Positions 23,621 through 36,714 of a DNA stretch of 64,000 nucleotides are shown here, piece by piece (the first letter of the stretch is position 1; each line of letters opens with the position of its first letter). The notes under the pieces are model-generated. The model had not been told where the DNA came from and searched no databases. It saw only the letters and a program-made list of their open reading frames with translations. The DNA lies in contig NMRA01000205.1 of NCBI GenBank assembly GCA_002633005.1, positions 483,273-547,272 of the forward strand. The letters run 5' to 3'. Position numbers and translations under genes: made by a program. Origin of the DNA: Phoronis australis. Taxonomy: Eukaryota > Animalia > Phoronida.

Positions 23621-26600
23621 GTAAGTAATTTTACGGGATTGTTGAGCATATTTTGTTTACATTGAACAAAATTGGCAGTGTTGAACACAATATCTGAAGA
23701 GAGCGATTACAGTCGATAACAATGGACGGCAAACTTCGACCAAACTTTTAGCTGTCAAGAAACTGCGTCTGCATTGATTAGCCAAGTGCGAGACCAGACG
23801 AACTAAACACGCGTGGTCTGTGCGCTTGTAGTCTGTTTAGTGCATAATCGGTCTTACAGTGTTTTGCCTGGTGGGTTTTTAATATCGCGGGTGACTTTGC
23901 CAGCGGTGCATAATATAAACTAACCTATTGCCCAGGAATTACTAGCTGTTCAGGTTTATGTGTTTCGGCGGTGGGCACGTGAACCATTTTTGGCTTGGCT
24001 GTGCCGAGTCATATTGCTGCGCCTGCCTGGTTACGTAATGTAAAGACGAAAGTGTAAACCTGTCTGCTGTTTTGCAAGCTGTTATGCCCTAGACAATCTA
24101 AATATTTGAAGGTTTATAGAGATCTATTGTGGCTCAAAATCTGAACAAGTATTAGAGCCTGGTGACTTCTTGGCCATGTAAATATTACATAAATACACAT
24201 TTTCCTCTTGATTGAATTTCAATAGGCTCAATGGTAAAGTTTTTAATGGTTCACATTTGTGTTTTTGTACGAAATATTTTTTATGTGACCTATTTAATCC
24301 GCAGTCGTGGTTGTTGCTAATATATTGTTCAGTTTGACTCCACCGATTTTCAGTGCGACTGATTGTTAAGAAACTGGTTTATTAAAAAGCAATTTCAGCG
24401 TCGTATATCCTGACTGATGAGTCATGTGTACAAGCCCACACATCTTGGGTTACCTGGTAGACCAGGTTCAATTGTTTCAGTCCAGTCCTCCTCTCTATAC
24501 ATTGTTCATGTCATGATTATCCTGTCATCTTGTTGACACACGAGATAAGATGCTATTGTTAACTGCCACAAACAGGGGGCATCCCAGTGTTATGTTATCT
24601 TTGTGAAGTGTCATCCATATCTGAGTGGGGGTGATTAGCTAATGGACAACCTATATATATATAAAGGTATTTTTCAAAAAATATCAAACTGGTTTTAATC
24701 GCATCTGCTTCTGACAAAGCGCTCATGTCTAAAAATAGTTTCAAGTGTCCAGTTCAATAAATAAGTTTAAAAAACTGAAAAACTTTAATGGCACGGTTTT
24801 TATCAGAAGTTCTTGACAACGGACCCACCCATACGTATGCTAATAACTCAACGGTTGGTAAAATGTACCTAGATAAAGACCTTCATTGGGCTTACTTTTG
24901 AAGTCACAATTGAGTGATAGTCAGTTGTTTGTGTGGACACTATTACATAAGAAATTAATATGGGGCCTCAAAAGAGAGTGAAGATGTTTATTTTTGTACT
25001 TATTTTCAATAAAACTTCTCTTTAAGTCATCAGTCCAGTGCAAGCACGCAGCCCTATGTCACTGTTTTTATGTTTTTAAAGTCCACCAAACCAGGTATTT
25101 GAGATAGTAATGACAAAAAAGTGGCATTTTTCTAAGAAGCATACTTGGGCTTACTATTAGGAGTTATTGGTTGGCTACATGATTATTTAAGACACAGTCT
25201 GGTAGCAGTTTTCATCTTTGGTTAAGAATGAATTTCAATATACAGTGGGTAAGTCAACCAGCGATGGTTGGCCTGTGTGTGTCTGTGTGTGAATTAAAAA
25301 TACAAGACATAAGTAATCAGACAAAATATCATTTTCTGCATCATGACGGCTAATTCTGTTAACAGCAAAAATTACTGGTAATAACTATTGGGGCGATAAA
25401 ATTCTAATTACAAAAAGCCTTAGCCACCTTACGAACTTTCCCTGATAATTCCCCTTCATTCTTGGTCAAGGGCAAAGACTATTATGCTGACGAATTCGGT
25501 TTCCCCTAACTTGTGATCCCGAGGGGTTGGGTGGGGGGGGGGTTTCTAGGTCATTTTGTGTAAATACTTTTGGCTTGTACTGTACTAACATGGAAGTAAG
25601 GCTTGGTGTATCGGAGTGCATGGTGTCCGAAATTTCGAGTGCCTGCATTGGTCCTAAAGTTGAAGTGTCAAGTTCCGTTTACTAGTTATAATTGCATGCC
25701 TTACACTTCACATTGACTTCACATGCTTCCAATCTCTTGATTTGTCAAACAGCTGAGGGCTAAAGACATTCTTTATTTTTTAATACGTAGCATAGCACCA
25801 TGTTACACCGTTAATTTTTTATTTGTAAACTTTCTCAATCTGCATTATTGTAATTTGGTTTACATGAAATAGTTGAAATAAAACGTGGTAAAATTTTGGT
25901 CGTAAGTAGCAATATAATTAACCTTTGAAATTAGAAAATGGCATTTATTTATTTCCATTCGAAGTGCTTACCCATCTGGAATAAAGCGCTGTTAGTGGTG
26001 TTGTTATATGCAATGAGTAGCTTTCTTTTAAATGTGTGGTATGGACAAATGCTTTGTTAGAGTTCAGCAACTCGAAAACTTAGGCAATTATGTTTAATGT
26101 GAAACAAAGAGGAGTTATTACTATAATGTAAGACAGACTGATACATTACTGTGGTTAACCAAAAAGTATTAGTTACTAAGGGAACGTGTTCAATTGAAAC
26201 AACTCGATAGGCACAGAATTGGTACAAGTTCTAGCGTTATTTGAACAACATAAACAGAAATGGGTAGATCCAGGCATGGCTGTTTTGGCTGTCCACCTCA
26301 ATTTTGTTTTATTTTTATTTTTCTTTAGCTTCTGATATTGTTGTGATTGGCCACAATTTTTAAATATCACCTGTTGGTAGTTATGATGGAGAACTTGAAT
26401 GTGGCAAAGTCTCATTTTGGTTTTTGTATCAAATTTATGAAAAAATGAGAAAATAAAATTTCACCTGTCTGCCATATTATACCCTAAATTGGTGAGACTC
26501 TAGTCTCTCTGGGAAAAATGCAAACATAGATCAAACTTTGTACTTCTCAAATCTGGAGTAGTGCCATCTTGTGAGAATGTTGGTTATTATTCTGAGAAAG

Positions 26601-29056
26601 AACTGAAATTTAACCAAAAGCTGTGAGCTGCTGCAGTCTCAATATGGGTGGACATGATGTGTGTATTGGGGCCAATACACATGGCTGTGTGTGGCTGCCA
26701 CATTTATCAAATGTAAATAGTGGTCATTATTCTTCACTTCAAGCAAGCTGTGGGTCTGGCGCTCATTAAAAGGATTTGAAAATGAACTGTTGAAAAACAG
26801 TTTGGACAACGGAACCTGATGACAACTATACTGAAATGACTTGTTATACTAAGATTCATCAGAGAAAAAATAAAATTTAGAGGTCTTTTTAATCACAAAG
26901 ATTTAACGAAATGAGAAATACTGTTGAAATTCACTGGTTTCAAACAGGTCGAAATGAACATTAGAGGTAACATTTTCAAATTCAACTTTTACAAGTAATT
27001 GCTGTGTAGGAACATTAGGGTTAATGTAAGACCCTAGAAAAGGGTCCAAAGTTTGTTCGTAACGTTGTACCATATCTCAGAAATGGCAGATCAGATTCGA
27101 AGGAAACTTTCAGGTACTATGCTTTATTCATTGTTTTCTAAAAGTATTTGGAATTGATTTTAAAATGTTCCACTCTTGCATGAGGGCTAGGTAATAGTAG
27201 AAGCTTCTTGATTTTCATGAAGAAATTGAAATTTTGGATAAATTGAAAATGAAATGATGATTTGGAACTGTAACAGGACTTTGAGATTTCATCTTGAACG
27301 TTTACGTCAAAAGAAATTTGATCTTCTTATTAATACCGTTGTTTTGCTATCAGTGTATCTTTGTCGTTTGCTAAATTTTACTAAAAATGTACGGTCACAG
27401 GACACTGTTAATGGGAGATTAGTAAAAAGTTAGAAATTGAATTCTACGGGCTTTCTGCTTTTTGAAAATTAACTGATCGTCCAGAGGCCGTTATGGAATG
27501 TCTGGATATTCAAACTGTGTTGGGGATCCGGGGTTTCAATTTAGCACAAGAGGCAAATAGGTCCCTCCCTCCGCCAATTCTTTTTCCGACTTTGGTTGTA
27601 GACTCTGCTGCAACCACTTGTTCGAGTTTCAAAACTCAAGTTTCAACTTAAACTGTGCTTGACTTTGGCCGTGAGATAAGGTGTAGTTCTAACCCTGAGA
27701 AATTACAATTTGTATCAGGAAACAGTTCCAACTAAAACTATGCTGGACTTGAGTTGTGAGACCAAGTTTAATTCTAACTCTGAAGAATTACACAAGGAAA
27801 TCTGGCTCTTTGTAAGATATGTGTGTCAGTGGCTGGCACTGTTTTTATGAATTAGCCACAGTGAGTACACTATAATAATACTATAATAACAAACTCTGTT
27901 ATCCTACCAGATTGCGGTCAATTATGCTTTGTTGATCTGGAAAAATATAGTCTGCTGTCTGGATGGCAATTTGTAGCACAGCTGACTAACAGTTTGAAAG
28001 GGTCCAGGTAAAGCTCATTGGAACCTTTACCTATTTGGTATCTAGATTATAGCTTTAGGAAATTATAATTCTCATTATTATGCAATTTTCAATGGTAACA
28101 GTAGTTGGACTTATAACCAGTTCTGTGGGTTTTGTGGTTATTTTGTGTTGGGGAGCCTTCAGTAGTACTGATGCATTTTAATGCTGTGGGCAATGCTTTC
28201 TAAGTTCAAATTGGCGCCATTTTAGAATTGATGTATTATGTGTCTGATAAAGCATGTTTTATTCATGTTAAATCTGAATTTAATAAGAGTTGCTTTACTA
28301 AATGTATGTGTAGCCTATCTTGACTTTTTGTGACTCTATTTATTATGAAAATAATGAAAATTATCTATCACCTTTGGACAATCGTCACCTTGCGTACTGC
28401 ATAACTTACCTGACATCATCCATGACTTCAAACTTGAGTGCAACAGCGTCATTCATTTTCCTTGACATCCACACCCATTACCTTACACTTATATGACATT
28501 CATTGTGTGCCAATATTCAAGCTTCACTGAGTGATCATGTAGCAAACTACTTCTGACAGACCCTTTTACTGCAGTGACGTAGACTGTCATTGTGCAGTGT
28601 CGTCACCACAAGCTTTTGACTGCGTAATTCTTTTCTGAATTTTATAGTGTCATGATATTAGAACTGCTTGAAGCTTCATTTCACTGTTTAGCTGGCTGAC
28701 AATCAAAAGTCGAATCAGGCCTGGTCTCATAATATTCATTACAGTGATGAGATTTTATTTCCATTAACAACAAGAACACCGAAATCGTCGTTCTCTCAAG
28801 AAAATGCTTTAGGTTATTGCGGTTGGCCAACCCTGAGCTTGCGAATTCGTAAATGGTGTATACCGTATACGCGTTGCCTGAGCTTTATAATGTAAATGGA
28901 ATCTAATCACGGTAAGAAGTATTACGAAAATGGTTTATATGGCAGTAAAAGGCCTAACTTGATTTTTGTTTTCAGGACGAAATACAGCTGTAAGTCATTA
29001 GAGATATTTGTTACAGTTTCTTCCTGATCTCAAACGTAACACTCAGTCTGGATGTG

Positions 29057-29266
29057 TGGTAATTCTTTGACAAAATTGTTATTTTTTATTTTTCACAGGC
29101 TGCACATGATGATAACTGGTCCGCTGTTGTTTTTTGACATCTTCGCACACACAGACCAAGCTAACAATAGACAAAAATTTCTTACGTTTTATTTTTGTTG
29201 AGAAATTTGGCAAAATGAAATTTCGTTTGTCTCCCCTGCTGCATGCTAAAAGTCGTGGAATTACTG
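29057..29266. mobile_element. Diverged copy of the ~250-bp Tc1/mariner-type MITE
   Basis: TTTTTGTTGAGAAATTTGGCAAAATGAAATTTC core and right end ...GCTAAAAGTCGTGGAATTACTG|TA. Confidence 0.55.
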
Positions 29267-31549
29267 TACCTTCTAGGTATTTGTTCACACCCACAAGAGT
29301 CATTGGATAGCCTCTTGTGATTTTGATGACTCAGGTCTAGCATTTTTTCGGCAGTCACTAGAAAACTTAGCAACAACAACGACAACAGCAACCAACAACA
29401 CTTGTGCTGCCTGTAATCCAGTTTTTATTCGACACCATTGCACCAACGGATGTTTTCAAATGCTGTGTTGGATTTTCCTTTTGGTGTCTAATAAAAAAGT
29501 TTTTGATGAGGTAGTCTCACCCGAGAGCTCAACACTACTTTCCTTTATAAACATCGATTCTGATACATTTGCACCACTTCATACCATGCTGGATAGTAGG
29601 ATATCCCCTACAGGCGATAGTGTGATGAATTGTGAAAAAAAGAAATCACTTGCCATTAAAGTCATGTGAAATAACTCGCATAATGTCATGATTTATCGTC
29701 ATGTTCCCTGATATTGTCATTAAAAATCAGACAAATTGATTCTCACCCACTTAGTACGTACTGGAGTGATGTGTACCTTGGCTTTTCTGTCTAGAACCTA
29801 ATTTATCTCAAATTTATTTGCCTTATTGGATCTTGGATGGGTAAAAGTCAGTTTAAACCCGCTTAGTGAATAATGGAATGTCCAAATTATTAAAATTTAT
29901 GTCGAAACTAAGGGTATGGCATTAAGTGGACTCCACTGTATTCCCATAGAAGAGGGGGGACATTTTCAAGACCAGGTTTCCCTACAAAAAGCTCTCTTTT
30001 CTGACATATACCTTGTGTGAAAGGGTGCCTTTCAAATTCAATTTCCTTTCCCATTTGAACAAATTTAAAGAAGGGTTTTTAGTATCTTTATTTTTAAACC
30101 TTTGGGTTAAACAATGTACTCAGTTTGATGACGGCTAATCTCTTCTTATGGTGTTTCAGACTTTTAAGTCCTATTAAAATGGGTAAAACATTCAACTGTC
30201 CAAGGATACCTAGGGAAAGGGAGAGGTTTAAAAAAAAGGTAAAAGTGGCTTTCATGGAAGGGGTTCCTTTTTTCTGACTCCACTTTCCTAACTGGGTGGA
30301 TATCGTAATTTCCCAGTTGTGCCCCATCCCCGTCAAAAATTTTGTCAACTATCCCCAAGCGTTTCATTCAAACATAAATGCTCTCCGCAAGGGGTTAATT
30401 TGTATCAGTCAGTTTGTTTTCTTACCACCTTTGCATTGATTTTTAAGTAGGAATTTATGTCTAAGCACCTTCACTATCAGCCATCAGCTATAAACAATGG
30501 CGCTCTTTACCACCACATAAAGTGTCCTTTGAAAGTGAGCAGCTTGACTATTAGGTGCTAGCAGGAAGTCATTACCAATGAAAAGGCCAGTTTGTGAATT
30601 GCCAGTTACTCAAAAGGTAACCTTACAGCCTTGTACAGATTCTGGTCTGGTGCTTTTGCTACTTAAACATGTAACATTGAGAACACCAGCAATTTGCCCA
30701 ATATGTGAATGTGGTGATATAGCAGATACGTTCATATCAGAGGGATGTCACGGGACTATTTTGAGAGTGCTCCATTATGTTGCGTATTTTGGTGTCCATT
30801 TTTGGTGTGCACTGCTGTGTCTGCTAAATGGTTTCAAGAATGGTCGTGGAATTTCGTGTTCCTATTGAGGAGAGTATGGTTCGCTTTGATTTTCACCCAA
30901 GTGTGGCTGCTGCTATGTCCCCTAGTGGCAAATTTTTGTGCCTGCCTCGAAGTTTGCTAAGTTCGGTGAAGAATCATGGTAATACCATTCTAGTAAGAAA
31001 GGCAAGTCTATTGTTGATTTTCGGCTGAATCTGACTACTGCTATGCCTTTTGTGGCAGATATACATGTTTGATGAAAACGTTGAAAATTACTCCTTGATT
31101 TTAGGCTAAAATGATGCGGTACCAATGCATTTTTGTCAATTCTGACTGTCGTTGTTGTGGAATTGATGGTGAGGGAGGACTTTCCCCTCAACCTCAACCA
31201 TAAATTCCTATCTCAGAAGGCACAGGCACCTATTCCTCCCGTGAGCGAGGGTCCTGCAAATAATGGAAATGCAATCGAAAGACAGTAATAGAACTGGTCG
31301 GTGAATTCAGGTTAATTCATGAATTGACAGATCTTTTGAATTTTGACCAATGCCTGTACAGACTGTGAGTAAAATACAAATCCTACCAGATTGTAGACTT
31401 TGATATCCACAACTTTATCGTAAGGTACATTACTGTCTAACGGCTTCCTTTGATTCTGTTCAACAGTGACAGGAAAACGTTTGCGTATTTGTCGTTGGTG
31501 CCCGTTTTTAGGAGCCACAGCAAAGTCAATGTAAACGAAACATTGTCTA

Positions 31550-31796
31550 CGGTAATTCTCCACTTTTTCGCGCTAAAATAATTGGTGCAGTTGACATTTT
31601 CCATTTTCCAAAGACTCATCTTGTTGCAAGTAGGGGGAGCTTTACTAAATAGTGTTTCATGACACATGCATAACTACTTGCAAACCAAGCCTATGATTCA
31701 CTGTAACTTTCTTAATCCGTGTTTTTGTGGAGAATTTGACAAAGTGAAATTTACCTTGTTTACCATGTTGCGTGCTAAGTAAATGAAAAAGTACTG
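31550..31796. mobile_element. ~250-bp Tc1/mariner-type MITE with TA target duplication
   Basis: TA|CGGTAATTCTCCACTTTTTCGCGC...GTGCTAAGTAAATGAAAAAGTACTG|TA. Internal TTTTGTGGAGAATTTGACAAA core is shared with other copies. Confidence 0.7.
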
Positions 31797-32769
31797 TAGA
31801 TTATCCCGAATTTTTTGACTAAAAATTCCCACTATTTTGGCTTTGGTGAATTTGGGCCGAATTCAGTGTCTGTCTATAATCTGTTGCTTGTCATGTCTGG
31901 TGTCGGATCTGACTCTCGTGTTAATGGAGTATTAGCAAAAAGTCTTGTAAGTTTTCGGCCGACATGCCGCGTAATTTTCTGGCTGTCAGTGCCGCTCGAA
32001 ACAGGCTTTAAATGAAGCTGATAAGCACCCCCTAGGAACGTACCATTTGCTTTGCGCTGTGGGTGCATATCAATCCTCTCGTTTATGTTTAGGTTTAAAA
32101 TTGCATTTAGCTGAATGACAAAAAGAGCACCTGGTTCTTAACTGCTACCAGTTATAAATGATATACCCTGTGTGGTGGAGTTGGTCAACTACAGTATATA
32201 CTTTGCCTACCATGTCTCTGTTGTCTGTTTCCATTTAGTTCATGTGCACTGTAATTGGTCCATCTGGTGTTAGTTAGCCTGTGTTTAAAGAGTGGTTAAC
32301 CTTGTGATTTTCCTCAGTCATTTTACAAAGTTCTCATTGGGGTATTTGTTGAGTGAAGAGTTGTCATTCCAGTTCAGTTAGGAGGAGGTTTAGTACTTTG
32401 CTATTTCAGGCTATTGCTTCTGCACACTGGTAGAATTCTGGTTACTTCTTGTTTCTCTGAGCATAGCCAAATGCTAGTTTCTCAAACAAATTCCCGCCCA
32501 AGCTGTTGAAAGCCCACAGTGCAAATTTTAAAGCCTTGGTTAAATACAAACAGTTAATTTTTCAAACCTGTGTGTACAGTTTTATTAAGTTCCCGATAAC
32601 GTGGGAGTGATGCCACATTGTGTCCTTATCACGGCCTATTTATGTGAGTCAGTCTTATCTCGGATGGTTGCCGCGCACGGCTATCCGGTAGATGGGCCCT
32701 GCACTTCACACGTGAATACTCTGTTGTTAGCCAGCTCAGCCGGGCTCTTTGCCTGCCGTCACTGATTAG

Positions 32770-33260
32770 TTTTGTCTAATGACTATTCCATATTGGCCAT
32801 GATATCTTCATTTACACCTCACCTGCATATTTGCCTAGTTTTTCTTGACCTGGTTGGTCTTGTGTTGATAAAGAGAATGAAATTATTAGTCGAATCAAAA
32901 TTGTTGGTTATTCCGGACCTTTTGCTGATTGTTATAAATAGTAATATTGATCTTTAGCCCAAAATGCAGAAGGGCCTTGGGAATTAAATCATTGAATTCG
33001 TGTATTGGATAACTCGATTAATCAAACAGAATTAATCTGACAATTCTATTTCATTCAAATCAATGCTTTGGGTCATTGCTTTTCTTTCCTTCCTTTCTAG
33101 AAACTGTAATTCTATATCCAAACTGTCTGGGTATGTTGAAGCCTCTATCCCTTCAAGAAGCTGTTTACACATCGACTGTTCCGATATTTGGATTTCTGTT
33201 GAATTTTTTATTCACCGCTAGCAACCCTCAAATTTTTGCTGATATCACCGTGACCGTGCT
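32770..33260 (-). mobile_element. Possible very degraded LINE (CR1-like) apurinic-endonuclease fragment
   Basis: Minus-strand remnants in the expected order: KNLRVAS, GYRITVSRKEG, FWAK, AGEV..KISW (compare LRVASxN, GY..FRKDR, LWAKI, GDFNxPDIxW). Many stops. Confidence 0.35.
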
Positions 33261-36200
33261 TTTAGAGTATTCATGGATACAGGTATTTGTGGCGATGTTA
33301 GATATGGTAGGAGCACATCAAAGCACCTTTGATATTACTCGTGTATTTTAAGGCCCTTATTCAGTGTGTTCAGTGACGTGTCTATCCTACCCGGATATAT
33401 ACTTGCATCCTAGTATATATATCTTAATCGAGCATCTATTTGCCAATTACCAGTGGTGCATGTTGTTTGCAGCAATGACACAAAGCAGCATGCACAATAA
33501 AGCATAGTATTTTTTGCACTTGTTGTAAACGTTACGCTTGATATATGCACTCAGCAGTTGTGTCCAATTTATTCAAATTAATCGTCAATGTAATTGTTTA
33601 TTAGGCATAATTCTTTCTTTGTCCTTGTTTCTGTGCTATTTCCTCTCTGATACGTTTTGAAATAGCCACGCCATGTTGAGATCCTGCTAAATGGCCATCA
33701 AGTATTTGTTGGACAGGCGTTCAGTACCACCTAGAGATCCCATGTTTCGCGAATGGGAGGTTTCAACGTACTGGTATAAACGGCGTTTTAACACCTTTCC
33801 TGCTGTCATAATGCCTGCTAATTTTGACTGCTGTCCGGTGGGATGTATTAATGGCTAGCGGAAAAAGGCAAACCGTTTGAAATACCATGTCCCACACATT
33901 TCCCTCTGTGAAGAAAAAGTCGTGGCTGCAAAGTCAGTGACTGCAACTGATAAAGCGGAGCAGTTTCGATCCCAGCTGATGTCTGAAAGCCAAAGTAGTG
34001 AACTCAACCTAACCGAACAATGGGAACGGCTGACACTGGGATTTATTTCTCGGTTTTTGAATTATTGAACCACTATGTAGTTATTGAATTGCTGTGCACC
34101 GTATCTGAGTTGGGATCTAGCATAAGTTGATTTTGCGCTCTGATTACTGTACAAAGCTCCAGTATGAAAAGACCGCTGTTACGGTATTGTGTCATCCCAG
34201 ATTGAATTCTTGATCCCTGGTGCTTGTAAAAAAGGAGGGATCAAACTTGGCTACTCTTCGAATATTTTTGACTTTTGTTAACTAGTTCTTACTAGTAGAT
34301 TGGAAACTTTAAAAGTCTGTAGATGATTTTACGAGGTTTTGGTGCATTTTTTTGATGTATTGGACACAGTCCTTGTTTACAAATTTCATTGAAGGACACA
34401 TCCGGGATTGAGAGTAGCTCTGTGCAAAATATCAACTACAGGGTTCTTCAAGAAAATCTACAAAGCTTTTGAGTGGAGATTTTATGATAGTGCAGAGATG
34501 CATTTTGTTATCACTACTTGGTGTCTTGGCCAGAGCAGTGTTTGTCCACCACCAGCTTGTTTATTTATGACATGTTGTATACACCTGTCAATCAAATGCA
34601 AACAATGTAATGTCAGTACTGCATGATTTATGTGTCATTGGGATACTACTGTCACACCAAGTGACCATGTCTCAACAGTTTTTGGAGTTCATCTCTTGAA
34701 GTCTTAGTAAATGTTTGCATAGGGGGTTCAAGTGTTCACTTGGTGCAAATACAACATTGAATTAGGATTTGTTTTGACTGCACCAGTCAAGTGTGGGCAA
34801 GTTAAGCTTGGACAATTATTAAGTTGTTGTAGTTCATGGCTGAAGCACCTCTTTGATTGGCTGTGGATGATGTTTGGAGGGCAGTCTTACTGAGCAGTGA
34901 TGCTTGAAATCTGAAATACACTACTTGAATTGTAATGATGTTATGGTTGAAATGGCTGTGTTGTGTTAAGTCCAGGAGCTTTTAACACTCAGATCTTAGT
35001 TGACTGTTTCTGGTTAAGACAACAAAAATTTATTTCCATCAATGCTATTACATGGTACTATACTTGGCTAAGTCACATGTCTTGAGTAATAATGAATGTC
35101 TGCATGTTTGGTGTAATGCTGTTAGTATTTAGCCTTATAATATTAAAAACTATTGAAGGATAGCTACATAGTTTATGGATTTGGGGTGTCAAACACTGGC
35201 TATTTAATAACGAGCCAATTGAAAACGGGCTTGAAGTTTTAATTGACACAACTGCCAGGGATATCTAGGTGGTTTTTGTTAACTCGTTGTATATAAAAAG
35301 TTGTGTAGCCCTTGGCTTGACCAGCTTTATCGCTGATTGTATCCCTAGGCTTGTAACAAGAACCTGTTTCATTAAGATTGACATAATTCCTGTCTGAGGG
35401 TGTGCTAAAATTGTAATAATCAAGGGTTCCTTTAAAAATGTTCCTTATGAATGATATTTTGTCACCATGGAAATGAGAAATGTTAAGTGTTCTTATTTGG
35501 CTTTTCTATTACAGTAATTCTCCACTTAATTGCACAAACATAATTGCCAAATTTTCCGTTTTCCAGTTTTTCATTACCTTGCTTGACCTAATGGAAACTT
35601 TATCTTGATTGTTGTTTTGCGGCTTCCACACAGCTCAAACTATATTAGTAACTGACTGATTTGTTCTTAATCTTTATTTTTCTGAAGAAATCTGACAGAC
35701 TAAAATTCACTAGTCCACTATATTGTGTGCTTACCTAAACCTGAAATGCAATGTGGTTTTAATTCGGGAAATATGCTTCTAACTGTACAGGCGTTGATAT
35801 CTCGTAGTTATGCACATTTACACTTTCATTTGAAAACTGACCCAACGGTTAGTTTTGTTTGTGATTTATGGAAATTTTACCAATGTGTTTTGTTGTATTA
35901 CGATGATGGTCCAGTGTCAGGGACCTCTCTTACCTGAGGGGAAAGGTGCCAGACTGCCAGTGTCATCTGATTGAGGAACTTCTCTAGGTGAGAGAACCCA
36001 TAGTCGCCACCAGTTTAACCCCCTGTTATTTACCAAGTCCACCCCTCCACTAGTCCACTCTCACCACTGCCTAAGTAGCTCGGGGGGGGGGGGGGCNCTG
36101 CTTGTGAACTCTGTACTACCAGGAATGACTTTCTTTGCTCAATACTAGAGTGATGACTCCTGCACTTTTGATAAATTAATCCAGATTCTGATCTCTACAT

Positions 36201-36523
36201 AGAGACAGTGTAAGCACTGGGAAGGTGTGACTGAAGTGAGGATATTCACAGTGTGTAAAAACCCTAATGGTTGTCTTAGAATACCAACAGGGGGCAATGT
36301 CATCAGTCCCCAATAGAAGGATCCGGGTGACTGCGCAACATCGCGGAATATATATCGGCCAATTTCCAGAACTTATAATTCATAAGTTAGGCATCATTGT
36401 CAGTTTTTACTACTTAAATGTGCCCAAGTTTGACTAGGTTGACTATAACCATATTTGATTGTCCTTTGTCTTCACTAACTTAAGTTGCCCTGACTGAAGT
36501 TGAATTTCGCTTCTTTAAGGTTA

Positions 36524-36714
36524 CGGTATTTAGCACACAAGATGGCCTACTCGTGAAATTCTGTTTTGTCAATTTTTATGCACGATTTGTAATGTGTAGA
36601 TATCGTAAGAGAACTTTTGTGAAGTTTTAAATGCAGTAAAGTGACCAGCCTTTGAAAAATGGGAAATTGCAATTTTGGCAATTATTTTTGTATGACATAA
36701 GTGGAGAATTACTT
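36524..36714. mobile_element. Internally deleted copy of the Tc1/mariner-type MITE
   Basis: TA|CGGTATTTAGCACACAA...AATTTTGGCAATTATTTTTG...TAAGTGGAGAATTACTT|TA. Confidence 0.6.
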
